Shown one piece after another: positions 12,284 to 23,910 of a stretch of DNA of 64,000 bases (the first letter of the stretch is position 1; each line of letters begins with the position of its first letter). This DNA comes from Octopus sinensis (lineage: Eukaryota): the NCBI RefSeq assembly GCF_006345805.1, contig NC_043016.1, positions 32,860,001-32,924,000 of the forward strand, given 5' to 3'. The notes below the pieces were generated by a model. It was not told the origin of the DNA. It did no database searches and saw only the letters and a program-made list of their open reading frames with translations. The position numbers and the translations under genes are program-made.

Positions 12284-15200
12284 AAGGTGAAGGTTATCTT
12301 CTCTTTGTGGCAGGTGACTTCAGTGGACATGTTGGACGGCATGTCGGGGGCTTCCACGGCATACATGGAGACTACGGTTTTGGTTCTCGCAATGAGGAGG
12401 GAACCAGGCTGCTGGAGTTCTGCGATGCAAATGACCTTATGATTTGCAATACCAACTTCAGGAAACCCACCTCTCACCTAGTCACCTACCGTTCTGGCAG
12501 ACACTCTAGCCAGATCGACTACATCCTCGCCAGAAAGAGGGAAAGAGGGCTGCTTATAAATGCCAAAACCTTCCCAGGCGAAGAATGTACTCTTCAATAT
12601 AGATTAGTAGTTAGCGATTTCAGGATCAGGGCCAAATGGCTGCCCAGAAGAAGACCAGCTCGGAGGAGAAGGGTCTGGAAACTTAAAGATCTTGCAAATG
12701 GACGGAGATTTAGAGACGTCCTACTCGAAGCATTCGACGAAATAGAAGGGGATATAGCTTCACATAATGTGGAAGACAACTGGAGGTTTCTACGGGACAA
12801 TCTGCTGAGAGCCACTGACCAGATCTGTGGATGGAGCAAAGTCCCAGGGTAACGTGGTGGTGGAGCAATGTCGTAGATTAGAGACAAGAGACAGGCTTGG
12901 AAGGACTGGAAGAATGGCGGTAGCAGGGTTTTATATCAGACTGCGAAAAGAGAAGCTAGGAGACAGGTTTATTTAGCCAGAGGGGAAGCAGATAAGAAAA
13001 AATTTGCCAATGTTCTGCGTCGTGAGGACCAAAGATTTGAAGTATTTCGTGCTGCAAGACAGTGTGTGAGAGAGAATCGTGATGTGGTAGGAGAGAAATG
13101 TGTTCGCATGGATGATGGTTCACTTGCACTAAATGAGGATGCAAAGAGAGAGGTTTGGAGATGCCACTATGAAAGGTTGCTGAATAAAGAAAATGAATGG
13201 GATAAAGAGAGTCTGCCGAATGTCGACCCAACAGAGGGACCAGCTATCCAAGTTGACAGTTCCTTGGTAGTTAAGGCAATTAGAAGCATGAAGACAGGGA
13301 AAGCCCCAGGCCCATCAGGAATTACTGCAGAGATGCTCAAAATATCTGGCAGTGTCGGCTATAGCCTAGTCACCCGTATAGTTAACCAGGTGATACACGA
13401 AGGAGTCATACCCAGTGACTGGTGTAGTAGCATAATAGTCAACTGCTACAACGGTAAAGGTGACGCCCTACATACAAGTAATTAGAGGTATCAAGCTGTT
13501 AGATCAGGTAACGAAGGTTACGGAAAGGGTCATAGCCCAACTGATTAGGGAGAGAGTCAACCTGGACGAGATGCAGTTCGGTTTCATGCCAGGGAAAAGC
13601 ACCACCAATGCCATATTTCTGGTGAGACAGCTGCAGGAGAAATACCTAGCCAAAGATAAAACTCTGTACCTGGCTTTCGTTGACTTGGAGAAAGCCTTTG
13701 ACAGGGTGCCCCGATCCCTTATCTGGTGGTCAATGAGGAAACTAGGGATAGATGAATGGTTAGTGAGAGCTGTGCGAGCCATGTACAGGGACGCTGTTAA
13801 TAAGGTGAGGGTTGGCAACAAGTACAGTGAAGAATTCCGGGTAGAGGTAGGGGTTCACCAAGGCTCAGTCCTCAGCCCCCTCCTATTTATCATAGTCCTC
13901 CAGGCAATAACAGAGGAATTCAAGACAGAATGCGCCTGGGAGCTCCTCTATGCTGATGACCTTGCTCTAATTACTGAGTCACTATCAGAACTGGAGGAGA
14001 AGTTTCAGGAGTGGAAGTAAGGATTAGAATCGAAGGGCCTTAGAGTCAACCTAGGTAAAACTAAGGTCCTAATAAGTAGGAAGGTAGACAAATCACAAAC
14101 GCCTTCAGGTAGATGGCCCTGCTCGATCTGTAGAAAAGGCGTAGTAGGAACTCTAGAAGATGCACCAAATGTAAGCTATGGACACATAAGAGGTGCAGCA
14201 ATGTCTAAGGAAGGCTAACTGGGAAGATACCTTTTGTATGTGGCAGATGTTCTGGTGCAATAAACACTGAAAATGCGCAGAGACCATCTTCCGCCACATT
14301 CCAGGGAGAAAAACTAGAAATAGTTGATAGTTTCCGTTACCTAGGTGATCAAGTCAGTAGCGGGGGCGGGTGTGCTGAAAGTGTAACTGCTAGAGTAAGA
14401 ATAGCCTGGGCAAAGTTCAGAGATCTCTTACCTCTGCTGGTAACAAGAGGCCTCTCGCTCAGAGTAAAAGGCAGACTGGATGACGCATGTGTACGAACAG
14501 CCATGCTACATGGCAGTGAAACATGGGCCGTGACTGCTGAGGATATGCGTAAGCTTGCAAGAAATGAAGCCAGTATGCTCCAATGGATGTGGAATGTCAG
14601 TGTTCATACCCGACAGAATGTAAGTGCCTTGAGAGAAAAGTTGGACCTAGAAACATCAGATGTGGTGTGCAAGAGAAACGTCTTCGTTGGTATGGACACG
14701 TGGTAAAAATGGATGAAGATAGTTGTGTGAAAAAGTGCCACACCCTAGCGGTTGAGGGAACCTGTGGAAGAGGTAGACCCAGGAAAACCTGGGACGAGGA
14801 AATGACCGGAGACCGAGACCTTTGGAAGTATGCTGTGCGTGAGAAGACCCGGCAGGACAAGTGAGGCCATAACCCGTGGCCTCTACCTAGGACGTAGTCA
14901 GTCCACCTGTGCATACCTTCCTTCTTGGGACACAAAACTCTACTTGTGAAGACCTGTTGAGGCAAGTGAAAATCGAAATCGATCAACATCAATGGAATTT
15001 GTAGTTGTGATACCAGTGCCAGTGGCATGTGTAGTGACGCTATCCAACAGCGCGCGCGCGCAACGCCACTTCAGTTCGCGTGTGCGGGGTTTGGAGCCTT
15101 CTGGTGAAGCAGAAGGGAAGCGCTCTCTCGCGCATGCGCGAAGACAAGAAGAAGGGAATGATGATGTGGTATTTAGCTGACAGGAGGCGTGGGAAGGTGA

Positions 15201-15560
15201 AACCTTGACCAGAAAGGGTACAGAGACACGTAGCAGTCGGACAGAAGGCTGCCCACACCAAATTGTAGCAGACGTGTAATTTCTCCGCTCTCTAAGGACG
15301 CTATATTTGACCAGCTCTGTTGCTGCTGAACTTGTAAGATTCTTACAAGCGTTAAAGTTTCAGCCTTGCCACATCCATACCAAGTGGAACCAAATATACC
15401 ACCTTATTTCTTACTGTTATAAGAAAAATAAAGAGTATATATATTTTTACTGTTGCGTTTGTGTTCTTTGACTGGTAGAATCTGGTAATTTAAGCAACGG
15501 AAATGTGAATGCACCCGAGTTGCACCCTAAAAGTGCAAGAAGCAATAATTCCCGTTACAG

Positions 15561-15572
15561 TGGTGACCCCGA
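15561..15572 (+). promoter_or_regulatory. Primer binding site complementary to tRNA-Trp 3' end
   Basis: TGGTGACCCCGA lies 1 nt after the 5' LTR and equals the first 12 nt of the classical tRNA-Trp PBS TGGTGACCCCGACGTG. Confidence 0.8.
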
Positions 15573-15996
15573 GAACACTCAACAAAACCAGTTTCTGCCT
15601 AGTCTGAACCACGATCAATTTGCGCAGTCATCATCCTCAAAGTTTTCAGCTATTTTCATCTTAGCACACGCACGGAAAAAAAAAAAAAAGAAAATTTTTT
15701 TTTTCGGTTAAGACGCGACGAAGGTTTGTAAAATAAAAAAGAAAAGAATTTTTTTATTCTCTGTGCACACAGTACAAAAAAAACCAAAAAAAAACACCTT
15801 TTTTTTTGTAAATTTCACATACAAAAAATTTTATTGATTCAATTGCTGGTCTTGTTTTTCCTTTTCTCCTTGTTGCGTCCGTTCAGCTTTGATTCATTGT
15901 CGTTTGACTTTCCTTTGACAGAATCATCTAAAACTTAAAAAACTACAAAATATCTCTAACATCACGGTCTGCTGGTGCCTGCTCACAAGCTTTTTC

Positions 15997-16195
15997 AGCT
16001 TCGATTGAGGGACTTTCTAAACAAATAGAAAGTCTCACCAAAAGGATGGACGCGATGGCAAGCGATTTTCAAAATCGCGGAGTCGAAGCCGTACATCGTC
16101 ACGTGCCACACAGTCAAAGTCCGGACTGTGTTGGTATCACTCCAATTTTGGAGAGAAAGCACATAAGTGCATACAGCCATGCACCTTTAAACTAG
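15997..16195 (+). pseudogene. Gag C-terminal remnant
   Basis: Hand translation ...RSRSRTSSRATQSKSGLCWYHSNFGEKAHKCIQPCTF gives the C-x2-H-x9-C-x3-C motif of CsRn1-type Gag. Confidence 0.75.
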
Positions 16196-16269
16196 CTTCG
16201 GAGAATTTAAGCACGTCAACTTCCTCCACAACATTTTCTAGTTATCGTGCATTTTTCGTCAAGGATCAA

Positions 16270-19200
16270 GTGTCGAAGAAAAACTTCATGGTGGACACTG
16301 GTTCTTGTTGCAGCATTTGGCCTTTGCGTCTCACAACCGACAGGCCAAAACGATCTAACGTTACATTGCACGCTATTGACTCGTCACCAATATCCACATT
16401 CGGTCAGATCTCGTTACGCCTTGATATTAATCTTCGTCGAGACTTTCAATGGGTTTTTATCATTGCTGACATTCAGCATCCTATTTTAGGTGCGGATTTT
16501 CTAAGCAATTTTGATTTATTGGTAGATGTCAGACGTCGGAGGCTAGTCGATACTTCGACTACACTCTCCACGCCGACCAGAGAATCTACCAATTCAGCTC
16601 TTAGCCCGACATTTTTTGTTTCAACATCTGGAGACGTTTTTCACTCTCTTTTGGCCTCTTTTCCAGAGCTATTTGATGTTACCTTTAAAGTGGCTAAGCC
16701 ATTACACTCGACACAACACTTTATAACAACAACTGGACCGCCTGTTTTTTCGCGTCCACGGCGTCTTTCACCTGATCGACTTAAAACTGCTAGGGCTGAG
16801 TTTGAGCATATGCTCCAGCTCGGTCTGATACGCCCATCCACCAGTCCATGGGCATCACCCCTTCATTTAGTTAGAAAAGGGGATACAGATTTTCGCCCGG
16901 TGGGAGATTATCGGCGTCTAAATTCGGTGACGATTCCGGACAAATATCCAATAAGGATTCTAAACGACTTTTCGGCAAATCTCCATGGCTGTACCATTTT
17001 TTCTAAGGTTGACCTTATACGTGCTTATCATCAAATACCGGTCAACCCAGACGATGTTCCTAAAACGGCAATTACCACTCCTTTTGGCTGTTTCGAATTT
17101 TTGTTTATGAGTTTTGGTTTGAGGAACGCTACTAGTACGTTCCAACGTTTTATAGATGAAGTTGTTCGTGGACTTGATTTTGTTTTCGCGTATGTCGATG
17201 ATATTCTCATCGCAAGTGATACGCATGAAAATCATCTCCTGCACTTGTCTCAGCTTTTTCAGCGTCTTCGCGACTATGGTGTTCGCATTAATCCAGACAA
17301 GTGTGTTTTTGGGCAACCATCTCTTAATTTTCTCGGTCATTATATTTATTCGAGAGGAATCAAACCACTCTCGTCTAAAGTCGATGCTATTCAGCGCATC
17401 GCACCACCTTCTTCTTTGCGTCAACTTCGCCATTTTTTGGGCATAGTTAATTTCTATCGACGTTTCATAGATCGGTGTGCGGACAAGTTGTTTCCTTTAA
17501 CGCAGATGCTAAAGGGCAATTCTAAAAAGGACGCCCGTCTTACTCTTTCGGCTGAAGCACTGTCTGCCTTTGAGTTAGTTAAAAAGGAACTAGCTTCAGT
17601 CCCTGTTTTAGCACATCCGGCTCCTGATGCTCCACTTACATTATCTGTGGACGCATCAGAGTCTGCAATTGGCGCTGTTTTGCAGCACACCGTAGAGGGT
17701 GAAGTTAAACCTTTGGCTTTCTTTTCTTGCCAGCTAAAGCCAGCTGAACGCAGATATAGTACTTTTGATCGAGAGTTACTAGCGATCTATCTGTCAGCTC
17801 GGCATTTTCAGCACCAGCTCGAGGGACGAGAGTTTGTGATTTATACTGATCACAAGCCCCTTACCTTTGCACTATCTTCTAAAACGGATAAACTCTCTCC
17901 TCGTGCTTTCCGTCACCTGGACTATATTTCTCAATTTACAAGTGATATTAGGCATGTGCCAGGGAGGGAGAACGTCCCTGCAGATGCTCTCTAGACTCCC
18001 TGTCAATTCCATTTCCTCTCCTGCAGCAATTGACTTAACTGCTATTTCGCAGGATCAACCACCTTTAGAGGAGTTGGATTTAACTTCGCCTAAGTTTGTT
18101 AACTGTAAGTTTGCCTACCTTCCGCTCCCTTCAGCAGAAGGCTCTATTCTTTGTGACGTCTCTACCGGTTCACCTAGACCATTAGTACCTGAGAAACATC
18201 AACGTTCTGTGTTTGATGCTCTTCATTCACTGTCACATCCAGGTATCTCTGCCACAGTAAAGCTCGTTACTGCTCGGTTCTTCTGGCCCAATATGCGACG
18301 ATCAATTACCTCTTGGGCACACTCTTGTTTGAGGTGCCAGAGTGCTAAAGTCCATAGACACGTTCGTGCTCCACTTGGACAGTTTTCTTCTCCTGAAGCC
18401 CGTTTTCGCCATGTCCACTTTGATTTGGTTGGACCATGGCCTGTGAGTCGCGGGTTCTCATACATTTTAACTTGTATTGATCGCTTTTCACGCTGGCCGG
18501 AAGCTATTCCAATAGCAGACATTTCTGCTGAAACTGTTGCGAAAGCTTTCGTGTCTAATTGGATTTCTAGGTATGGTGTACCGTCCAGTTTAACCACTGA
18601 TCGTGGTCGACAATTCGAGTCTGCCTTGTTTCGTGAGTTATCACGAATCCTGGGGATGCATCATATACGTACCACTAGTTACCACCCCGCTTCTAATGGG
18701 ATGGTGGAGCGTTTCCACAGGCAACTTAAGGCCGCGTTGCGTGCCTCGCCGAATCCACAGTCGTGGACTGAATTTCTACCAATCGTCCTGCTTGGATGTC
18801 GGACTGCGATTAAAGCAGACATTGGGTTTTCGTCTGCTGAGCTCTTGTATGGTACCACACTAGCATTGCCTGGTACGATGTTGGTGCCAGACAAGTCACA
18901 GTCTCTTAATTTAGAGTCTTATGTTGCTCGACTACGCAGATATTTTTCTGCCCTTCCTCCTATGGACCCTCGACACCAAAATCCTCCTTTTAATGTGCCA
19001 TCAGATCTTGATTCTTGGACTCATGTATTTATTCGTGATGATTCTGTCAAAGGACCTCTTGTTTCTCCTTATAAAGGACCTTTTCGTGTGATTTCTCGCA
19101 CGCCGAAAGTATTCAAACTTGAAATTAACGGTCGTTCAGAGACCGTCTCCGTAGATCGTCTTAAAAGGGCATATTTTGAGGTGTCCACATCTTTTAATAA

Positions 19201-19426
19201 CCCCACTGCCACAACCATCGTTGAACTTTCACATGCACCTTTGACAACACCACCATTCACACATGCACCTTTGACAACACAACTATTTACACATGCACCT
19301 TTATCAACACCATCATCGGCAACACCACCTTCGTCGTCGCAGCCTGCCTCGAACAGACCTTATGTTACGAGGTCAGGCAGAACTGTTCACTGGCCGAAAA
19401 AACTTTCCAAAACTATTTATATTTGA
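16270..19426 (+). CDS. Gypsy Pol polyprotein (protease-RT-RNase H-integrase), one frameshift near 17990
   Basis: VDTGS protease; [14 protein letters not shown] and YVDD RT; DAS/DRELLA/TDHKPL/ADAL RNase H; HPG..C..C, DLVGP, TDRGRQF, NGMVER and YKGPF integrase. ORFs 16270..17994 and 17867..19426. Confidence 0.93.
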
Positions 19427-20543
19427 CATTCTCAATTGTGACAGTTTCAATACTCATTGAACTTTGCTCATTTTGAGTATTTTTTCTCCTTTTTCCTTTT
19501 GGTGCATTTCTTGTTTATATTGTAAATTCTGCCTTGATTTGTTATATTGTGTGCTATTTTGGTTATCTGGTATCCACCTTGAGTTTTAAAGTCACTACAA
19601 CGAATTTTGTTTCGTGCTTACGCACTTGTGGGGGAGCCTTTGTAGTGACGCTATCCAACAGCGCGCGCGCAACGCCACTTAAGTTCGCGTGTGCGGGGTT
19701 TGGAGCCTTCTGGTGAGGCAGAAGGGAAGCGCCCTCTCGCGCATGCGCGAAGATAAGAAGAAGGGAATGATGATGTGGCATTTAGCTGACAGGAGGCGTG
19801 GGAAGGTGAAACCTTGACCAGAAAGGGTACAGAGACACGTAGCAGTCGGGCAGAAGGCTGCCCACACCAAATTGTAGCAGACGTGTAATTTCTCCGCTCT
19901 CTAAGGACGCTATATTTGACCAGCTCTGTTGCTGCTGAACTTGTAAGATTCTTACAAGCGTTAAAGTTTCAGCCTTGCCACATCCATACCAAGTGGAACC
20001 AAATATACCACCTTATTTCTTACTGTTATAAGAAAAATAAAGAGTATATATATTTTTACTGTTGCGTTTGTGTTCTTTGACTGGTAGAATCTGGAAATTT
20101 AAGCAACGGAAATTGTGAATGCACCCGAGTTGCACCCTAAAAGTGCAAGAAGCAATAATTCCCGTTACACATGTAAGAGAACCATCCGAACGTGGCCGTA
20201 GCCAGCGCCGTATCGACTGGCCTCTGTGCCCGTTGCATGTAACAAACTCCATCCGATCGTGGCCATTGCCAGCCTCGCCTGGCCTCCGTGCCGGTGGCAC
20301 ATAAAAAGCACCATCCGAGCGTGGCCGTTTGCCAGCCTCGTCTGGCACCTGTGTCGGTGGCACGTAAAAAGCACCCACTACACTCACGGAGTGGTTGGCA
20401 TTAGGAAGGGCATCCGGCTGTAGAAACACTGCCAGATCTGACTGGCCTGGTGCAGCCTTCGAGCTTTCCAGACCCCAGTTGAACCGTCCAACCTATGCTA
20501 GCATGGAAAGCGGACCTAAACGATGATGATGATGATGATGATG

Positions 20544-21052
20544 TAGTATATATAGATTTATTATTTTATTCAATTATATAGTTGACCAAAATATCAATTA
20601 ATATTAAACTAATTTACTTAAATGTAATATTATGTAATAAATAGACCACCTAACTTTTAAATAATATATTGTCTTACAAAACTAATTCTCCAATTAAATT
20701 ATATAATTCGTTAAATCACATTATAAAATTAATAATAATCATAAAACATAATAAATAAATAGATATATATATATCGTAACTAATAATTATCAATAAATTA
20801 TATATAAATTAATATTTTAGCTACAATAATAATCATAATAATAATCAAACTTAATACAATTCAATAGTTAAATAATAGTTAAATAGAAAACATTACTTAG
20901 CGTTTATAAGAAATTAAACTCGTGAAAACGTTGTGTAAAAAATAGAATAAAATTATCAATGAAAATGACGAAAAATATTTATTAATGAAAAAGACGAAAA
21001 ATATTTAAGCTTCATGAATGAAAGAAAAATAGAATAACAAAAGAACTATAAA
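20544..21052 (-). repeat. Third (partial) copy of the AT-rich Penelope 3' region
   Basis: Reverse complement of 6367..6867 and a direct repeat of about 26870..27350; ends at the CR1 insertion. Confidence 0.9.
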
Positions 21053-23893
21053 CTTAGATATGTTTCGACCAAAGATTGGTCCAGGCCATGTCTAACTTAA
21101 TAGCACCACCTGATAGGATTATTCGAACCCTGTTTAAGTCAAGTTTTGTTTATGGTCCATTCAAGTAGTGAGTTCTTGTTGGGTGAGTTGTATCCAATTA
21201 TGGGTGGCTTATCTAGTATTCTTTGAAGGAATCTATGCAGACTCCGTTTAAAATTGATGGGATCCTTTTCCTCTTTGATCTCCCTCGGGACAATGTTAAA
21301 TAGGGCAGGGCCTGTTGAGGAAAAGAAATTATGTTGCAGTGTACATGTATGCTGTGATCTTGAATTGGGCAGGGGACGTATGGCCCGTGGTCCCAGTCTT
21401 GGATGAAACCTGAAGCTAATGTTCAGGTCGATTGGGCAAAGTTGGCGGTATATTCTCCACATCGTACAAATGATGTACCGCTCACGGCGAGGCTGGAAAG
21501 TGTAAAGTTTCAAGGCTTTAAGGCGATCCCAGTAATCGAGAGCAGCCATGCCTTCAATTCGTTTAGTGAGTGCCCTCTGGGGTGACTCAATCCTCGAGAT
21601 GTTTTGTCTTGTATGGGGAGACCACAGTGGGCAGCAATATTCAAGGTGTGGCCGTGCACCTTGTTCTCTGGACCGGAAAGTTCTTAAGATCCAGGAACTC
21701 ATCCTACGAGCTATATCGACCTTCTTGTTGATGTGTGCACTCTAACTGAGATCGTCATCAACAATTACACCTAGGTCTCTGATATTGTTAGAGGCTATGA
21801 GCGGTTCCCCTGAAGGAAGAGAGTATGGCTGTTTCAGTGAGGAGTTTCTTCCAAAATGCATCTGCTCAAATTTTCCCTCGTTCAGTTGCATTTTGTTTCT
21901 GTCTGCCCATTGATTCACAGCATATAGATCAGACTGGAGTTGAGTTCGGTCTGCTTCTTCATTGACGATTTGCTGGAGCTTAGTGTCATCAGCAAATATT
22001 TTCACTTTGCAGTAATGTACGACACTGGAAAGGTCGTTTATGTAAATTATGAAGAGTAGCGGACACAAGACAGTCCCCTGGGGGACACCGCTGGTGACTT
22101 TTGCTGGGCTTGAGTGGACTCCATCAACTACAACATGTTGTGTTCTATTTGCCAGGAAATACTTAATCCAGTGTAGAACTTTTCCACGGATTCCAACGTT
22201 TGCCAATTTTGAGAGTAGGATATTATGGTCTACCCTGTCGAACGCTTTACTGAAGTCAAGATATATGACGTCAGAGTTCGAACCTGTTCCCAAGGCTTTG
22301 AGTACATCTTCAATGTGGTGTAAGAGCTGTGTTAGACAGTCCCTGCCACAGCGAAAGCCATGCTGATTTGCATTTAGGAGTTTGTGGGTCTCCAGGAAGT
22401 CAGCTATCCTTGATCTTAACACTCTTTCAAACACTTTAATGATGTGGGAGGTGAGTGAGATTGGGCGATAGTTGAGTGCGAGGGATCTGTTTCCCTGTTT
22501 GAAAACCGGGATGACCGACTGGGATAGAAACTATTTCGGTATATAACCTGCGTCTAATGAATTTCTCCAGAGGTTGGTCAGAGTGACTGCAAGTTGGTGT
22601 CTACATTCCTTCAGGAGACTAGCGGGGAATCTATCAGGGCCTACAGCAGAGTAGTATTTGACCTCATTTATTGCTGCTACGATGTCAGTGGCAGTGAAGG
22701 TTATGTCTGAGATTTTATGTTGGGAGTCAACTTCGTTCGCTTCTCTTACGTCAATATCAGTGGGAACACTATAGACAGAACAGTATTGTTTCTGCAATAT
22801 TTCTGCCATTTCTTTAGCATCGTGTTGGGGAATGCCGTTATCATCAATCAATGGCCCAATGGGTGAGACAGTGGTTCTATGCTTATTTGCATAAGAATAG
22901 AACATCTTTGGGTTCTGTTTGATGCTTTTGATTACCCACTGTTCCTCCACAGCTCTTTGATTTTCAATGGAGGTTTTCATGTCGGTCTGCAGATGAAGCT
23001 TTTCCAGCTCTAGCCTTTTCATTGTTGTTGAATGTGGATGATGTATGAGGGAATATCTTAATTGGTTGATTTTTTTGTTGAGTCTTTTGATGCGCCTGAT
23101 GAGTGCTTTTATTCTTTTTAGGGAGCCGGTTACTGTTAGTGTTAGTAGATTTCGTGGGAGCGTGTTTAGAGCATGTATAGATGACAATGTTTTCAAAGTG
23201 CTGCCATGCGGTCTCAATATGGGTGGAATTGTAAGTAAAAGACCAGTCGATGAAAGACAGATCCTTTCTGATTGCTCCCCAGTCCGCTTTGTGGAAGTTT
23301 ATGTTGTCAAATGAGTGGGATTGGCTGGTTTGGTTTTTATATGTCGGGAATTAAAATTGCAGAGTACCATGTGGTCTGAGAGGAGAGTTTTTTCAACTGA
23401 AATACTGTGAACGAAGCTAGAGTGATTGGTCAATACCAGATCCAAGGTCATTTTATTCTGTCTCGTTGGTTCGAGCACTAGCTGAGTGAGGAAGTATTCA
23501 TACATCAGATTAAAGAGCAGTTCTGCTGCTGCTCTATCTGATGTAGAGCATTTGCCTAACTTCAGAGTATTTGTGGGCCAGTTCACATGAGGGGGGTTAA
23601 AATCACCCATCACTAGTATGTTTCCGGAGTGGTACTTCCGGAGGAAGGACTTGACTTTGCTAAGGCACTCTTCAAAACACTTTAGAGGTGCTTGGGGAGA
23701 CCTGTAAAGACCAACAATGATTATGTCCTTGGCCTTGCTGAATAGTGATACTGATTCACGATAGCCATTGGAAAATATGTCCTTGGCATCAAGTGAAAAG
23801 GAGTCATGGATAAAGATGGCTGTCCCTCCCTTATTTCGGTCTGTGCGATCCGCACGAACAATGGTGAAATCTTTTATTTTCACCTCGGCGTCC
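21053..23893 (-). mobile_element. CR1-group LINE ORF2 (endonuclease + RT), 5'-truncated and frameshifted
   Basis: RADR..GGTAIFI, MGDFN, TLDLVLTN, GPD, YLDFSKAFDRVDH, SGVPQGTVL, FADDTK and RPHLEYCCPLWSPH across ORFs 21139..23979. Short 3' UTR with a gacc-aatcttt-ggtc stem-loop. Confidence 0.92.
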
Positions 23894-23910
23894 ATTAGAA
23901 GCATGAAGCA

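Larger units (their letters stand above)
15030..20169 (+). mobile_element. Ty3/Gypsy LTR retrotransposon (CsRn1-like), two LTRs, most of gag missing
   Basis: LTRs at 15030..15559 and 19641..20169 (TG..CA ends, about 7 substitutions + 2 indels). 4-bp TSD CATG at 15026..15029 and 20170..20173, against a single CATG in RTE copy 3. PBS and PPT present. Confidence 0.97.
12298..20543 (+). mobile_element. RTE-clade LINE copy 2, interrupted in its 3' UTR by a Gypsy element
   Basis: ORFs 12232..12852, 13066..13485, 13460..14020 and 14503..14864 match copy 1. The 3' UTR resumes at 20170 and ends in (gat)n with the same flank (tagtatatatagattt) as copies 1 and 3. Confidence 0.95.
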
